Below are positions 19,981 to 30,427 of a stretch of DNA of 63,491 nt, piece by piece (the stretch's first letter is position 1; each line of letters begins with the position of its first letter). The stretch is from Hydrogenimonas sp. (GTDB lineage Bacteria; Campylobacterota; Campylobacteria; Campylobacterales; Hydrogenimonadaceae), in NCBI RefSeq assembly GCF_029932565.1, contig NZ_JAOZPV010000003.1:1-63491 (forward strand), read 5' to 3'. Below the pieces are notes generated by a model, which was not told where the DNA came from, searched no databases, and worked only from the letters and a program-made list of their open reading frames with translations. A program made the translations under genes and the position numbers.

Positions 19981-22014
19981 TCATATAAACCAGTTTTTCG
20001 AATAGTCTTCCGTCAGATCGATGACAAGTTCGGAAACTCCGGGCAGTACCTGCACCACTTCCCCATCCTTGAGAATCTCCAGACGCAGAGAGGCCTGTTT
20101 GAGACCATGAAAATAGAGGCGCTTGTTGATGCCGATTTCGATGATCTTTTCGATGGCCATCGAGATGTCGCCCAACATTGGAGAGCGATTCAATTCGATA
20201 TCGATCGTCTCGTTCAACTCCCTGACATAGAGACGCACCATACCGTTCTCTTTCAATGCATCGATATCACCGTCCAGACGTATGAAAACCGAATCGCGAT
20301 CTTCACCCCAATGGATTGTCGAGATCGGTCCCCGTACTTTGTCCATTGTCGAAAAGATGCGGGTTTCATCGATCATACCGCTGCCGAGCCATTCGAAAAA
20401 CGATGTGATATGGCCATCAATACGGGGCTGGATGGAAAATTTCGGTTCGTTGATCAGTGCATGCAGATCTTTTCTGTTGCCGGCGATCGGATTGAAGAGA
20501 CTGCTCGGCGGAACCACATCCATCAGCTTGTAGATCGTGATCAGATGGCTGCGGAAGAGTTCGTCGAACTCTTCTGCATAATCGGTGTAGTGGTCTTCAC
20601 CATACCACCAGAACCAGTCGGAACACTCGGCAGCGAGAAAATGGTCGGTAATCTGCGCCTTGACCTCTTCCGTCAATTGCGGTGCATGATGGTTGAAATC
20701 GTTTTTGGTCTGATAGATCAACTCCCATGCACTGTTTTTCTCCGGATGTCCCACCCATGTATCGAATGTTCCGTAAATCCATGAACCCGGATGGAGTCTC
20801 GGCATGTCGACATCGTGCTTCCGGCTCAGCTCGTCCATCGTAACAGTCCGGCACCATGGTGTATGACTCAATTTTCTATACAACGCATCGAAAAAGTCGA
20901 ACGCATTGTTCTGATAGAATTCCCAGGCATTCTCACCGTCCAGAATGACGGAAATCGTAGCGTTTTCGACCTTTCGGTCGATTGCATGCAGGTGATGGAT
21001 GAAATCGTCGGCGGCCCTGTCCCCTTCCCAGAAACGGTAGGTAAAACCAATAAGATCGCTCAATCTATGATCTCTGAATGCGATGAAAATATCGTGGTAG
21101 GCGTAACGTTTGTACAGCTCTTCCCTCTGCTCGGTATCCAATGAAAGCGACTTGAAAAGTATTGCTTCGTCCGTTGCGATCCATCGGAGTCCAAACTCTT
21201 TGTAGATCTCGACACTCTTTTCATCCACAGCACCCTCGGCTGGCCAGAATCCTGTCGGTCTGCAGCCAAAAACCTTCTCGTACAGATCGATGGCCCAGCG
21301 GACCTGTTCTCTCGCATCTTCCACAAGCGGAAAATGGTTGGCGGGAATTTCGGTATGGGGGTTGGAGATTTTTGCATTGGTCATGTCGATAAGTATCGGC
21401 AGGATCGGATGATTGAACGGGGTGGTCGCCAACGATATCTGACCCTTTTCCAGCAACTCTTTGTAGAAAGGCTTTATAGTCGTCAGAAAGTGCAACAGAG
21501 CGTCCATAAGCTCCTGTTTGTCGGCACCGGTATACCCGTGACCCTTGTGAATAAGACGGCTGACGGTCTCATCCTTTTCCCGCAGATAGTTGCCGCACCA
21601 TGCCAGCATGAAAAGGACCTCGAGTTCGATGAATTCGTTGTCGTTCAGATCATCCCGTTTGAAGAGTTCCACATACCGGTGAAATGGTTTGACCATCGTG
21701 TCAAATTGCGGGGAATGGCATATTTTAATAACGTAACTTCGCTCGTCACTGCTCAGATCGCGCGGCTCTTTGATCCAGAGTGAGAGAAAGATGTCCCGTT
21801 CGATACCCTCTTCGATATAGATACGAAGCTGCTCAATCAGGGGAGGTGTGATATTGAATGTCGCTTTGAGTGTCGGATATCGCGATAGCAGCCACGGCAT
21901 CTCATAGTAGTCTTTTATGGCATGCAGAAAGACCCATGGCATATGCATCTTCCCCTCCGCATTGCGGTAGTCCGGCTGATGCATGTGCCAGAAAAAATTG
22001 AGCGTTATCGCCAT
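19981..22014 (-). CDS. Glycoside hydrolase family 57 (amylopullulanase-like)
   Basis: WHMHQP, HPILP, GFWPAE (nucleophile), IATDE, ILDGENAWE (acid/base), AECSDWFWW. Confidence 0.92.
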   Translation of the reverse strand: MAITLNFFWHMHQPDYRNAEGKMHMPWVFLHAIKDYYEMPWLLSRYPTLKATFNITPPLIEQLRIYIEEGIERDIFLSLWIKEPRDLSSDERSYVIKICHSPQFDTMVKPFHRYVELFKRDDLNDNEFIELEVLFMLAWCGNYLREKDETVSRLIHKGHGYTGADKQELMDALLHFLTTIKPFYKELLEKGQISLATTPFNHPILPILIDMTNAKISNPHTEIPANHFPLVEDAREQVRWAIDLYEKVFGCRPTGFWPAEGAVDEKSVEIYKEFGLRWIATDEAILFKSLSLDTEQREELYKRYAYHDIFIAFRDHRLSDLIGFTYRFWEGDRAADDFIHHLHAIDRKVENATISVILDGENAWEFYQNNAFDFFDALYRKLSHTPWCRTVTMDELSRKHDVDMPRLHPGSWIYGTFDTWVGHPEKNSAWELIYQTKNDFNHHAPQLTEEVKAQITDHFLAAECSDWFWWYGEDHYTDYAEEFDELFRSHLITIYKLMDVVPPSSLFNPIAGNRKDLHALINEPKFSIQPRIDGHITSFFEWLGSGMIDETRIFSTMDKVRGPISTIHWGEDRDSVFIRLDGDIDALKENGMVRLYVRELNETIDIELNRSPMLGDISMAIEKIIEIGINKRLYFHGLKQASLRLEILKDGEVVQVLPGVSELVIDLTEDYSKNWFI

Positions 22015-24534
22015 CTACTCGTTCATCCACTCTGCGATAAGAGCGGCATATTTTTTGTAGAGTCTCTCACCTGCGGCATCGTCTTTGGCCTGCAGGTATA
22101 TATTCAGATAGTCGCCATAGGTATCCGGAATCATCAGAATCCAGTCGGTCTCATTCTCCCAGATTTTGACACCATCGATAGTCGAATGTTTTTTCTCTTT
22201 CGAAATCTCGATGAATTTTCTCATCATCTTGCCCTTCAATGCCTGTGGACAGGGAATCTTTATCGTTTTGTAATAGAACGGATGGATTTTGCTGCCGATT
22301 TCGGAGAGTTTGACGTCATGGCGAATGAGCATTTCCAATATTTTCAGTGCCGCATACATCGCATCACGATGGAGCGTGAAGTCGGTAAATGCAAAGTTGC
22401 CGTCGATTGTCGCGATAAGATCGTATTCACGCAGTTTCTCCGCTTTGAAGTTGCTATAGACACCCCGCTCGATGATCAGATGGTCATATTCGACGGTGTC
22501 GGGAGCCCACGTCGGAAGAAATACCTTCATATTGCGATTTTGCGATTTTGCTTCCAGATTGAGCAGATACAATACAATGGAGAGTCCCTCGATTTTGTCG
22601 AAAAAATTCCCTTTGTCGCACACGATAGCCACACGCTGCCCGCCGGAAAAAATGGCAAAGCCGGCATCGAGACCCAGTGAAGGCACGATTGTGGAAAGAT
22701 CGCTTTTCGCCTTGCTGATCAGATGTTCGAGACTGCTGACGCTGCGCGTTTCGGCATGCGCATTGAGCGTGATGTTGTTGAGCCCGATGTCGCTCAGTAT
22801 TTTCGGAAAGACATCGGCAGTGATGCCATGCATCAGGTCGACAGCGATTCGTACGTTTTTCGAACGCAGAATCTTTTGGTCCACTGCCAGCTCGATCGCC
22901 GTGCGATAGTCATGGCACTCTTCCCAGTTCAGACTCTCGTGAATGGCCCCGATTTTCGTAAATTCGACCCGTCTGAATTTTTCGTTGAAAAATGCTTTTT
23001 CGATCGATTTTGCCGTATTGTTGTCGATTCGAAGCCCGTCTTCGTTGAAAAAGTTGATCTCTGTCGATGTCGGATCATACATATTCCGGCGCACATAGGC
23101 ACCACCCACAATATTCTCATTATGTGAAATCGAATAGCGTACAATCGACGGTGGAAGACTCTTTAGATCGACCACATCGATACCGGCAGAGAGAAGACCT
23201 CCGAGAAATGCCCGTTTGATCATACGCGAACTCTTGTCATGATCACGTCCCACCATCACGGTCGTTCCGGGCGGCAGTTCGGCAGCATAGGCTTCTGCCA
23301 GTTTCGTTGCCATTTCACAGCTGAGTTCAACATTGGATTTTCCCAATACGCTCCCATACTGGAAAATGGAGTTTTTGTATCTGCTGCCCCAGACGACGTT
23401 CCTGTTGACAATGGCAGCCGGTTCGATCTCTTTGTCCGGCCAGATCGTGACATCCTGCTCGAAGCGGACAAGTTTTCCGACTGTACACCCTTCGGCGAGT
23501 ATGAGCCCCGCTTTCGCCGTGACGTTGTCGTCGATCCTGTTGTTGTTGCAGATGATACCGTTATCGAGAACGAATTTCTTGCCGATTTCGATGTTGTGCC
23601 ACAGTACCGAGTTTCTGATCTGGCACTCTTCCCCCAGATTTACATTGTCGCCAATAACGACATTGTTCAGTTTGGTGCCTCTTCCGATATGGACATTCGC
23701 ACCGATCACGACATTTCCGATTATTTCGATACTCTCATCCAGTCGGCTCTCTCCCGTCAGATAGAGAGTCCCGTCGGGATAGTCGACTTTTTTGCCGGGA
23801 ATGTTGAAATTGAGACGTTCGTTGAGAATGTCGTCATGCACTTCACGATAGCTGTCCGGATTGCCGACATCGCGCCAGTAGCCGACTGCATTGAAACCCA
23901 TCAGATCGATTCCCTCTTTCATCAGGAGAGGGAAGAGATCTTTCGCGAAATCGAAGTTTTCACCGACCGGAATGTATTCGAGAATCTCCGGTTCGATGAT
24001 GTAGATACCGGTATTGATCGTATCACTGAACACTTCGCCCCAGCTCGGTTTTTCCAAAAACTTCTCGATCTTCCCCTCTTCGTTGGCAATGACGACGCCA
24101 AACTGGAGAGGATTTTCGACGGATGTCAGCGTTATCGTCAGTTTCGATCTCTTCGCCTCATGATAATCGAAGATCTCTTTGAAATCAAAGTCGGTCACCA
24201 GATCACCGCTGACGATCATAAAAGTGGTATCGAGATACTCCCGTCCAAGTCCCACGGCACCTGCCGTGCCGTAATCGTCGTCAGGCAGTACATAGTGAAT
24301 CTGTATGCCCCTGTCGCTCCCGTCGCCGAAATGGTTTTTGATGACATCCGGCTTGTAATAGAGCAGAATGACCACTTCGTCGATACCGATTTCGACAAGC
24401 CGGTTAAGCGTGTGTTCCATCATCGGAAGATTGACGACCGGCAGCATCGGTTTGGGAACGGAATGTGTCAAGGGCTGGATTCGAGTGCCAAATCCACCGG
24501 CGAGCATCACCGCTTTGATTTTCTTCGACATCAT
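22015..24534 (-). CDS. Sugar-phosphate nucleotidyltransferase + left-handed beta-helix + degenerate phosphohexomutase-like domain (usually annotated mannose-1-phosphate guanylyltransferase)
   Basis: LAGGFGTRIQPLT..PKP, GTAG, SGD, FLEKP, NTGIY, GYWRDVG, hexapeptide repeats, C-terminal PGM/PMM fold (VGRD, DGVK). Confidence 0.88.
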   Translation of the reverse strand: MMSKKIKAVMLAGGFGTRIQPLTHSVPKPMLPVVNLPMMEHTLNRLVEIGIDEVVILLYYKPDVIKNHFGDGSDRGIQIHYVLPDDDYGTAGAVGLGREYLDTTFMIVSGDLVTDFDFKEIFDYHEAKRSKLTITLTSVENPLQFGVVIANEEGKIEKFLEKPSWGEVFSDTINTGIYIIEPEILEYIPVGENFDFAKDLFPLLMKEGIDLMGFNAVGYWRDVGNPDSYREVHDDILNERLNFNIPGKKVDYPDGTLYLTGESRLDESIEIIGNVVIGANVHIGRGTKLNNVVIGDNVNLGEECQIRNSVLWHNIEIGKKFVLDNGIICNNNRIDDNVTAKAGLILAEGCTVGKLVRFEQDVTIWPDKEIEPAAIVNRNVVWGSRYKNSIFQYGSVLGKSNVELSCEMATKLAEAYAAELPPGTTVMVGRDHDKSSRMIKRAFLGGLLSAGIDVVDLKSLPPSIVRYSISHNENIVGGAYVRRNMYDPTSTEINFFNEDGLRIDNNTAKSIEKAFFNEKFRRVEFTKIGAIHESLNWEECHDYRTAIELAVDQKILRSKNVRIAVDLMHGITADVFPKILSDIGLNNITLNAHAETRSVSSLEHLISKAKSDLSTIVPSLGLDAGFAIFSGGQRVAIVCDKGNFFDKIEGLSIVLYLLNLEAKSQNRNMKVFLPTWAPDTVEYDHLIIERGVYSNFKAEKLREYDLIATIDGNFAFTDFTLHRDAMYAALKILEMLIRHDVKLSEIGSKIHPFYYKTIKIPCPQALKGKMMRKFIEISKEKKHSTIDGVKIWENETDWILMIPDTYGDYLNIYLQAKDDAAGERLYKKYAALIAEWMNE

Positions 24535-24574
24535 AAAGTCCTTTGATAATTAAATTAATCTATCATTATTAATT

Positions 24575-24853
24575 CTACAGCTCCAAGACTGAATTTTTGC
24601 TTCCAAACGGTGTTTCTGCCAACGGAAGCTCATGGTCGGCAAGCCAGTCGCTTTCATCGACAAGGTAACCGAACTCAAACGACTCGCCGACTGGAAGAAC
24701 TTTTGTGATGTAGAACTCACCGCTCTTTTTCTTTTTCATCGTTTCAGGTTCCCATTTGTTCCAACTCCCTTTGATCGCTACGCTATCACACTCCGTCGTC
24801 GGAGCCGTAAACGTCACCCACGCTTTTTTGCCTTTTTTTGTAATCTTAACCAT
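24575..24853 (-). CDS. Stand-alone glycogen-binding (CBM48/isoamylase early-set) protein, 92 aa
   Basis: VTF...VAIKGSWNKW..MKK..G.F...LP...FEF.YLVD..W.AD; AAGGAG RBS before MVKITK. Confidence 0.8.
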   Translation of the reverse strand: MVKITKKGKKAWVTFTAPTTECDSVAIKGSWNKWEPETMKKKKSGEFYITKVLPVGESFEFGYLVDESDWLADHELPLAETPFGSKNSVLEL

Positions 24854-24888
24854 TGATTTTCTCCTTTGATATTTGGTTGTTTTTCCGA

Positions 24889-25848
24889 TCAGTCCAGAAC
24901 ATTGAGCATCGCCAGATGATGCGGATTGACCTGGTTTTTGTTGCTGACAACAGTATCGATGTCCAAAAGACCGAATTCGCCTTTGTTCCAGACCACGACT
25001 TTGTTCATCTCCTTCGACCGGCACAAATGGTCGATGGCATGAACCGTAAACTCAAACCCCATCATCCGATCGAATGTCGTGGGGACACCACCACGCTGGA
25101 TGTGGCCGAGGATCGTCACACGGGTATCCATTCCAATCCTGTTTTCAAGCCACTTCGCAACTTCCCCGGTCATTTTCGTACCTTCTGCAACTATTGCAAG
25201 TACATACCGGCGGCCATTTTCGATCTCGCGAAGCAGTTTCTCCTCGATGGTCGGCAGTACAAAGTCGACCTCGGGAATCAGACAGATTTCCGCACCGGAA
25301 CTGATAGCGGAAATCGCAGCGAGGTACCCACATTCTCTTCCCATCACCTCGACGACGAAGGCACGGTTGAACGTGGATGCGGTGTCATAGATCTTATCGA
25401 GTGCATCCCGTATCGTATTGAGTGCGGTATCGACCCCAAGGCAGTATTCCGTACCGTATATATCGTTGTCGATCGTCGTCGGAATACCGACAAAATTGAT
25501 GGGAAAGTCCTCACTGAAGCGATCCATCGCACGAAAGGAACCATCCCCGCCCAGCACAACCAGTCCGTTGATATTGTATTTTTTCAAATTCTCATAAGCC
25601 TGTTGACGATACGTATACTCGAAAAACCGTTTCGAACGGGAGGATCGTATGATCGATCCGCCCCGGTGAAGAATGCCAGCCACATCCTTGTGTTCGGCCT
25701 TTTTGATCTTTCCATCGATCAATCCTTCGAGACCGTCAAAGACAAGGTAGGGTTCTTCCCCTTTATCGAATGCATAGTCAACAAATTTTTTGACCGCAGC
25801 ATTCATGCCCGGAGCGTCTCCACCCGAACACATCACCGCCAATGCCAT
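24889..25848 (-). CDS. pfkA: ATP-dependent 6-phosphofructokinase
   Basis: SGGDAPGMN, GGDGS, PTTIDNDI, EVMGR, LGHIQRGG. Confidence 0.95.
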   Translation of the reverse strand: MALAVMCSGGDAPGMNAAVKKFVDYAFDKGEEPYLVFDGLEGLIDGKIKKAEHKDVAGILHRGGSIIRSSRSKRFFEYTYRQQAYENLKKYNINGLVVLGGDGSFRAMDRFSEDFPINFVGIPTTIDNDIYGTEYCLGVDTALNTIRDALDKIYDTASTFNRAFVVEVMGRECGYLAAISAISSGAEICLIPEVDFVLPTIEEKLLREIENGRRYVLAIVAEGTKMTGEVAKWLENRIGMDTRVTILGHIQRGGVPTTFDRMMGFEFTVHAIDHLCRSKEMNKVVVWNKGEFGLLDIDTVVSNKNQVNPHHLAMLNVLD

Positions 25849-26023
25849 CTACTCTCCTTGGAAAATATAAATTTACTTTATATATATTCAACCGCCTGAT
25901 GCTCGCGGTCAGCGTTTTCTCCGCTATTTTATACAGGGATACGGTTACAGTTCTATTACTGGGTTTTATGATATCATTTTATATCTGAAAATAACAAGAA
26001 AATAACAGCTATCAAGGAAAATC

Positions 26024-27415
26024 ATGAACAGGAAAGTCAAAATCGTCGCCACAATCGGCCCTTCGACCAACAATCCCGACTCCATCGCATCACTGATCGA
26101 TCACGGTGTCAACCTCTTCCGGCTCAATTTCTCATACGGTTCCTATTCGGAGCATGGAAAAACGATCGAAACGATACGATCCATCGCGGAAAAAAAGGGG
26201 CGTATTATTGGTATTCTGCAGGATATCTGCGGTCCCAAAATTCGTATACGCGGGATGGAAAGCCCCAGGGAGGTGAAAAAAGGGGAACGATGCGTTCTCG
26301 CTACGGAAGCAGAGGGCGATGCATTCACAATCAGTTTTCCCGGCATTATCGATGACCTGAAAGTCGATGATGAGATCTTTTTCGCCGATGGAACGGTTCA
26401 GACCCGGGTTGTCGAAAAGAGAGATGGAAGTGTCGTGCTCGAAATTCTGACTCCCGGACGCCTGATGGAGGGGAAAGGTGTCAATTTTCCGAAGGCCGAC
26501 ATCACTTTGCACGCGTTGACGGACAAGGACAGAGACGACATACGATTCGGAGCCCAAAAAGGTGTCGACTTCGTCGCCATCTCATTCGTCAGCAGCGAAA
26601 AAGATGTCATAGAGGCACGGAAAATCCAGCGTGAAGCAGGTGGGAAAGCCTGGATTATTTCCAAAATCGAGCGAACGACAGCCGTAGAGAATATCGACAT
26701 GATCATCGATGAGAGTGACGCCATCATGGTAGCCAGAGGTGATCTGGGTGCCGAAGCGGGGCTTTCCAGAGTTCCCGTCCTTCAGAAGAAGATTATCAAA
26801 AAATGCAACATGAAAGGGAAGCCCGTTATCACAGCGACCCAGATGCTCACCTCGATGGTCAACTCACCCTATCCGACCCGTGCGGAGGTCTCCGATATCG
26901 CCAATGCCGTATTCGACGGGACCGACGCCGTCATGCTTTCCGACGAAACGGCGGCGGGCAACTACCCGAACGAAGCGGTCGATACACTGGTGGCCACGAT
27001 TCTTCAGACACAGGAGTACTACCCCTACTACAAACAGTTCGACACGACTCCGGGCGAAGCATTTCCCCACGCAGCGGCTGCGCTGGCCCAGGTCTTGCCA
27101 AGTAACTTTATTGCAGCATTGACGATGTCGGGATATACGATGCTCCATCTGAGCAAATATCGTCCGAAAGAGCCGCTCTTCGCCATTACGACCGATCCTC
27201 TACTCATCAACAAAACGTCGTTGGTATGGGGTGTCGCCGGTGCAGTGTCGATCGACGAAACCAGTTTCAAAACGGAGCAGGAGCTGATCCGGGATCTTTT
27301 GGCAAAACATGCAAAGGACCCGGATGCGTTTTTGCTGGTTACCGGTTATCTCGGTGAGCGGATATCGATGGGTAGGAGCATCCGTTATATTCGCAGAGAA
27401 GACCGTATGCTGTAA
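26024..27415 (+). CDS. pyk: Pyruvate kinase
   Basis: KIVATIGP, RLNFS, GPKIR, KIE, MVARGDLG, TATQML.SM, PTRAEVSD, DAVMLS.ETA. Confidence 0.96.
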   Translation: MNRKVKIVATIGPSTNNPDSIASLIDHGVNLFRLNFSYGSYSEHGKTIETIRSIAEKKGRIIGILQDICGPKIRIRGMESPREVKKGERCVLATEAEGDAFTISFPGIIDDLKVDDEIFFADGTVQTRVVEKRDGSVVLEILTPGRLMEGKGVNFPKADITLHALTDKDRDDIRFGAQKGVDFVAISFVSSEKDVIEARKIQREAGGKAWIISKIERTTAVENIDMIIDESDAIMVARGDLGAEAGLSRVPVLQKKIIKKCNMKGKPVITATQMLTSMVNSPYPTRAEVSDIANAVFDGTDAVMLSDETAAGNYPNEAVDTLVATILQTQEYYPYYKQFDTTPGEAFPHAAAALAQVLPSNFIAALTMSGYTMLHLSKYRPKEPLFAITTDPLLINKTSLVWGVAGAVSIDETSFKTEQELIRDLLAKHAKDPDAFLLVTGYLGERISMGRSIRYIRREDRML

Positions 27416-27423
27416 GATAAAAA

Positions 27424-27448
27424 ACAACTGCCGAGTATCGGCAGTTGT
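27424..27448. terminator. Rho-independent terminator between convergent pyk and glgP
   Basis: Perfect stem acaactgccga-gta-tcggcagttgt; T-tract follows on the minus strand. Confidence 0.8.
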
Positions 27449-29154
27449 CAGGTCAAAGGAGCATGATCCTTGGCCAATCTGTCGGAAAGCCTTTTGGCTT
27501 CATACGGTTTGTAGTTATAGAGTTTTTCGTAATATTCCACAACCATCCGTGACGATGTAAAATAGCCATGGATATCATTCATGCCGTTTTTCGCGATTTT
27601 CACCCACTCCTTCGGATCATTGTAATACATCGGCAGGATGACATTTTCCAGTTTCTCCATCATCGCGAGATAATCCAGTTTGTCCTGCTCCTCGATAGGC
27701 AGTGAGGGATCGGCATGGGGAATCGTAAACGAATTGATGCCGTCTTTCTGAAACTCTGCATGCCATCCATCCGGAATCGAAAAATGTATCGACGCGTTGA
27801 TACCTGCACTCATGCCGCTTGTACCGCTCGCTTCACGCCCCCATCTCGGTGTGTTGAGCCAGACGTCGGAGCCCTGCTTGAGCATCTTTGACAACCTGAG
27901 CTCATACCCTGTCAATACCGCGACATTTTTGAACTCTTTGGACATCAGGATCAGATCGTTGAACATCGACACAGCCCGATAATCGAGAGGGAAAGGTTTT
28001 CCGGCCCAGATAATCTGAATCGGCTGTTCCGTGTTTGCCAGGAGTGCTCTGAAACGCTCCATATCGTAGGTCAAAAGCCATGGCCGTTTGTATTCGGCGA
28101 AACGGCGTGCCCACACCAGTGTCAGCACATCCGGATCGAAAAGTTTGCCGGTCTGGTCGGCCACCTCTTCGAAAAGGATATGTTTGAGATGTTTTTTTCG
28201 ACCGACCAATTGATAGTCTTCGTGTTCAAGCATCCAGCTCAACAGCTGTTTATCGGCCCAGTATCGCATGTTTTGGGCATTGGTGATACTGATGATTTCG
28301 CACTTTCCGGGAACACCCTTCCACATTTCATTGGCCACTTTCTCATGAATCTTCGAAACGGCATTGGAACGTTTCGATGTTTTGAGCGCACCGACCGTCA
28401 GAGAAAAATTTTCATCGAAATAGTCAAGTTTCTGCTGAATCTCCCCGACGGAAAAGTCATTGAAATACCCCATTCGTCCCAGAAAGTGGACATTGTGGAC
28501 TTCATTGCCGGCCATCTCCGGTGTATGTGTCGTAAAAACGACATGGTTTTTGAGCTCTTCAAGTTCCGGATATCGTTTCATCAACTCAAAAACCATGGGG
28601 AGGGCATGTCCCTCGTTCATATGGTAGATATCGATATCGATATCCATCGCTTCCAGAACTTTGGCCCCGCCGATACCCAGTACGATCTCCTGAGCAATAC
28701 GCGTCTCCTCATTGGGATCGTAAAGTTTGTGACTGATCGTCCGGGAGAGATAGTCGTTTTCGAAAATATCCGTCGTCAGCAGAATGACCGGAGCCGAATC
28801 GAACGTTTCGGCTGGCAGAAGATAGGCTTTGACATGAACCGGCTTTCCGTTGATCATGACCTCGACCGTGATACCTGTCTCCTGAAGAAAATAGTAGAAC
28901 TTGCGCCGAAAATCGATTTTCAGCGTGTTGTCTTCGTGACGTCCCTGGTCGTAATAGCCATAACTCCACAGCATCCCGATACCGATCGTATGCTGTCGTT
29001 TGTCATTGACACTCCGCATATGGGAGCCGGCAAGAAAACCGAGTCCACCCGAATAGGTTTTCAAAGCCTGGTCAATCGCGAACTCCATTGAAAAATAGGC
29101 AACCTTTGTTTTGAACTGCTCATCAATGACATAGGGAAACAGATTTTTCACCAT
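27448..29154 (-). CDS. glgP: Alpha-glucan (glycogen) phosphorylase, short type
   Basis: YFSMEF, YSGGLGFLAG, HMNEGH, FTTHTP, ARRF.EYKR, EASGTSGM. Confidence 0.93.
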   Translation of the reverse strand: MVKNLFPYVIDEQFKTKVAYFSMEFAIDQALKTYSGGLGFLAGSHMRSVNDKRQHTIGIGMLWSYGYYDQGRHEDNTLKIDFRRKFYYFLQETGITVEVMINGKPVHVKAYLLPAETFDSAPVILLTTDIFENDYLSRTISHKLYDPNEETRIAQEIVLGIGGAKVLEAMDIDIDIYHMNEGHALPMVFELMKRYPELEELKNHVVFTTHTPEMAGNEVHNVHFLGRMGYFNDFSVGEIQQKLDYFDENFSLTVGALKTSKRSNAVSKIHEKVANEMWKGVPGKCEIISITNAQNMRYWADKQLLSWMLEHEDYQLVGRKKHLKHILFEEVADQTGKLFDPDVLTLVWARRFAEYKRPWLLTYDMERFRALLANTEQPIQIIWAGKPFPLDYRAVSMFNDLILMSKEFKNVAVLTGYELRLSKMLKQGSDVWLNTPRWGREASGTSGMSAGINASIHFSIPDGWHAEFQKDGINSFTIPHADPSLPIEEQDKLDYLAMMEKLENVILPMYYNDPKEWVKIAKNGMNDIHGYFTSSRMVVEYYEKLYNYKPYEAKRLSDRLAKDHAPLT

Positions 29155-30417
29155 CTACTTGTCCTTTTCGAAAGTTTTCATAAGAATATTTTTGCCACGT
29201 TCCACGCCGGGCTGATCATAGGTATTGATATCGAGCATCGCACCCATTAGGGATGTAAGCAATTCATAGTATACTATCAATTCTCCGATATTTCGTTCAC
29301 CTATTTTATCGAGCGTGATTGAATCGACGGGAATCCCCTCTTCCACAATACTCTGATGGGTCGCATCGCATTCCGCGTTGATCAGTTCGTTGAATGTATG
29401 GGCATTGATGTAATCGGTTTTTTCGATATGTTTCAGTGAAATGTCGGGGATTTGCAAATCGTTTTCAAAATCAGAAATCTTCAAAAACGTTACACTTTTA
29501 TCCCGCGGGCCTTCCATGATGAGCTGCAGAAAAGAGTGTTGGTCGATCGAGCCGATCTGGCCGATGGGAGTCAATCCGATAGGCTCGCCGCTTCGGTTCC
29601 TCTTGCCGAGCGACTCTCCCAGTAACTGCACATACCACTTTGTGAAATTCTCCAGGCATGTCGAGTAGGAGAAGAGAACGTTCATTCGATACGTTTCCCA
29701 ATGGGTTGCCAGAAATGCGGCCTTTTTTTCGATATGTTTCTCCCGACGCCCGAAAAAACGTGCAACCATATCGGCAGCACCCTGAAGTATCGAGCAGGTA
29801 TCGTAGCCCGCCAACGTCAGGGGCACCAGGCCTACGGCACTGAGTACGGAAAAACGTCCACCCACATTGTCGGGAATCGTATAGGCTTTCACACCATGAT
29901 AGTCGGCAAAGTGGCACAATACCGAACCTTCATCTGTCACAACGATAACCCGTGATTTCTCTTTTTCATCGAGATCCAGTGCGAAGTGCGAAATCGCCGC
30001 TTTGAAAATTGACATCGTTTCGATCGTGGAACCCGATTTTGAAACGACGATAAACAGCGTCTTCTCTTTCTCTATCGTGGCAAACTTTTGACTGATGTCG
30101 ACAGGATCGGGATTCTCCAGAAAAACCAGCCGTTTGAGACCCGGTGTTTTGTGCCGCAACATCGCGTCCACAGCTTTTGTACCGAGTGAAGAACCGCCGA
30201 TACCGATAACGGCTATCGTGTCACAATCCATTATCAGCGGGTTGGAAGCGGCATATGCGCGTATCTCCGTATTCAGCAGTTTCGAATCTTCCGGCAGATG
30301 ATAGTAGCCGGCAACACCGGTTTCACGCTCCTCGGTGATTTTGCCATATGCCTCTGCCATCAAGATTTCGGTCGCTTCATCCGGTGTCCAGTCGTACTCA
30401 AGTGAATAGGTTATCAT
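29155..30417 (-). CDS. pgi: Glucose-6-phosphate isomerase, short (Campylobacter/Bacillus-like) type
   Basis: GIGGSSLG, SKSGSTIET, VGGRFSVLS, ESLGK, DQHSFLQ, DQPGVE.GK. Confidence 0.93.
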   Translation of the reverse strand: MITYSLEYDWTPDEATEILMAEAYGKITEERETGVAGYYHLPEDSKLLNTEIRAYAASNPLIMDCDTIAVIGIGGSSLGTKAVDAMLRHKTPGLKRLVFLENPDPVDISQKFATIEKEKTLFIVVSKSGSTIETMSIFKAAISHFALDLDEKEKSRVIVVTDEGSVLCHFADYHGVKAYTIPDNVGGRFSVLSAVGLVPLTLAGYDTCSILQGAADMVARFFGRREKHIEKKAAFLATHWETYRMNVLFSYSTCLENFTKWYVQLLGESLGKRNRSGEPIGLTPIGQIGSIDQHSFLQLIMEGPRDKSVTFLKISDFENDLQIPDISLKHIEKTDYINAHTFNELINAECDATHQSIVEEGIPVDSITLDKIGERNIGELIVYYELLTSLMGAMLDINTYDQPGVERGKNILMKTFEKDK

Positions 30418-30427
30418 GCATTTCCTT

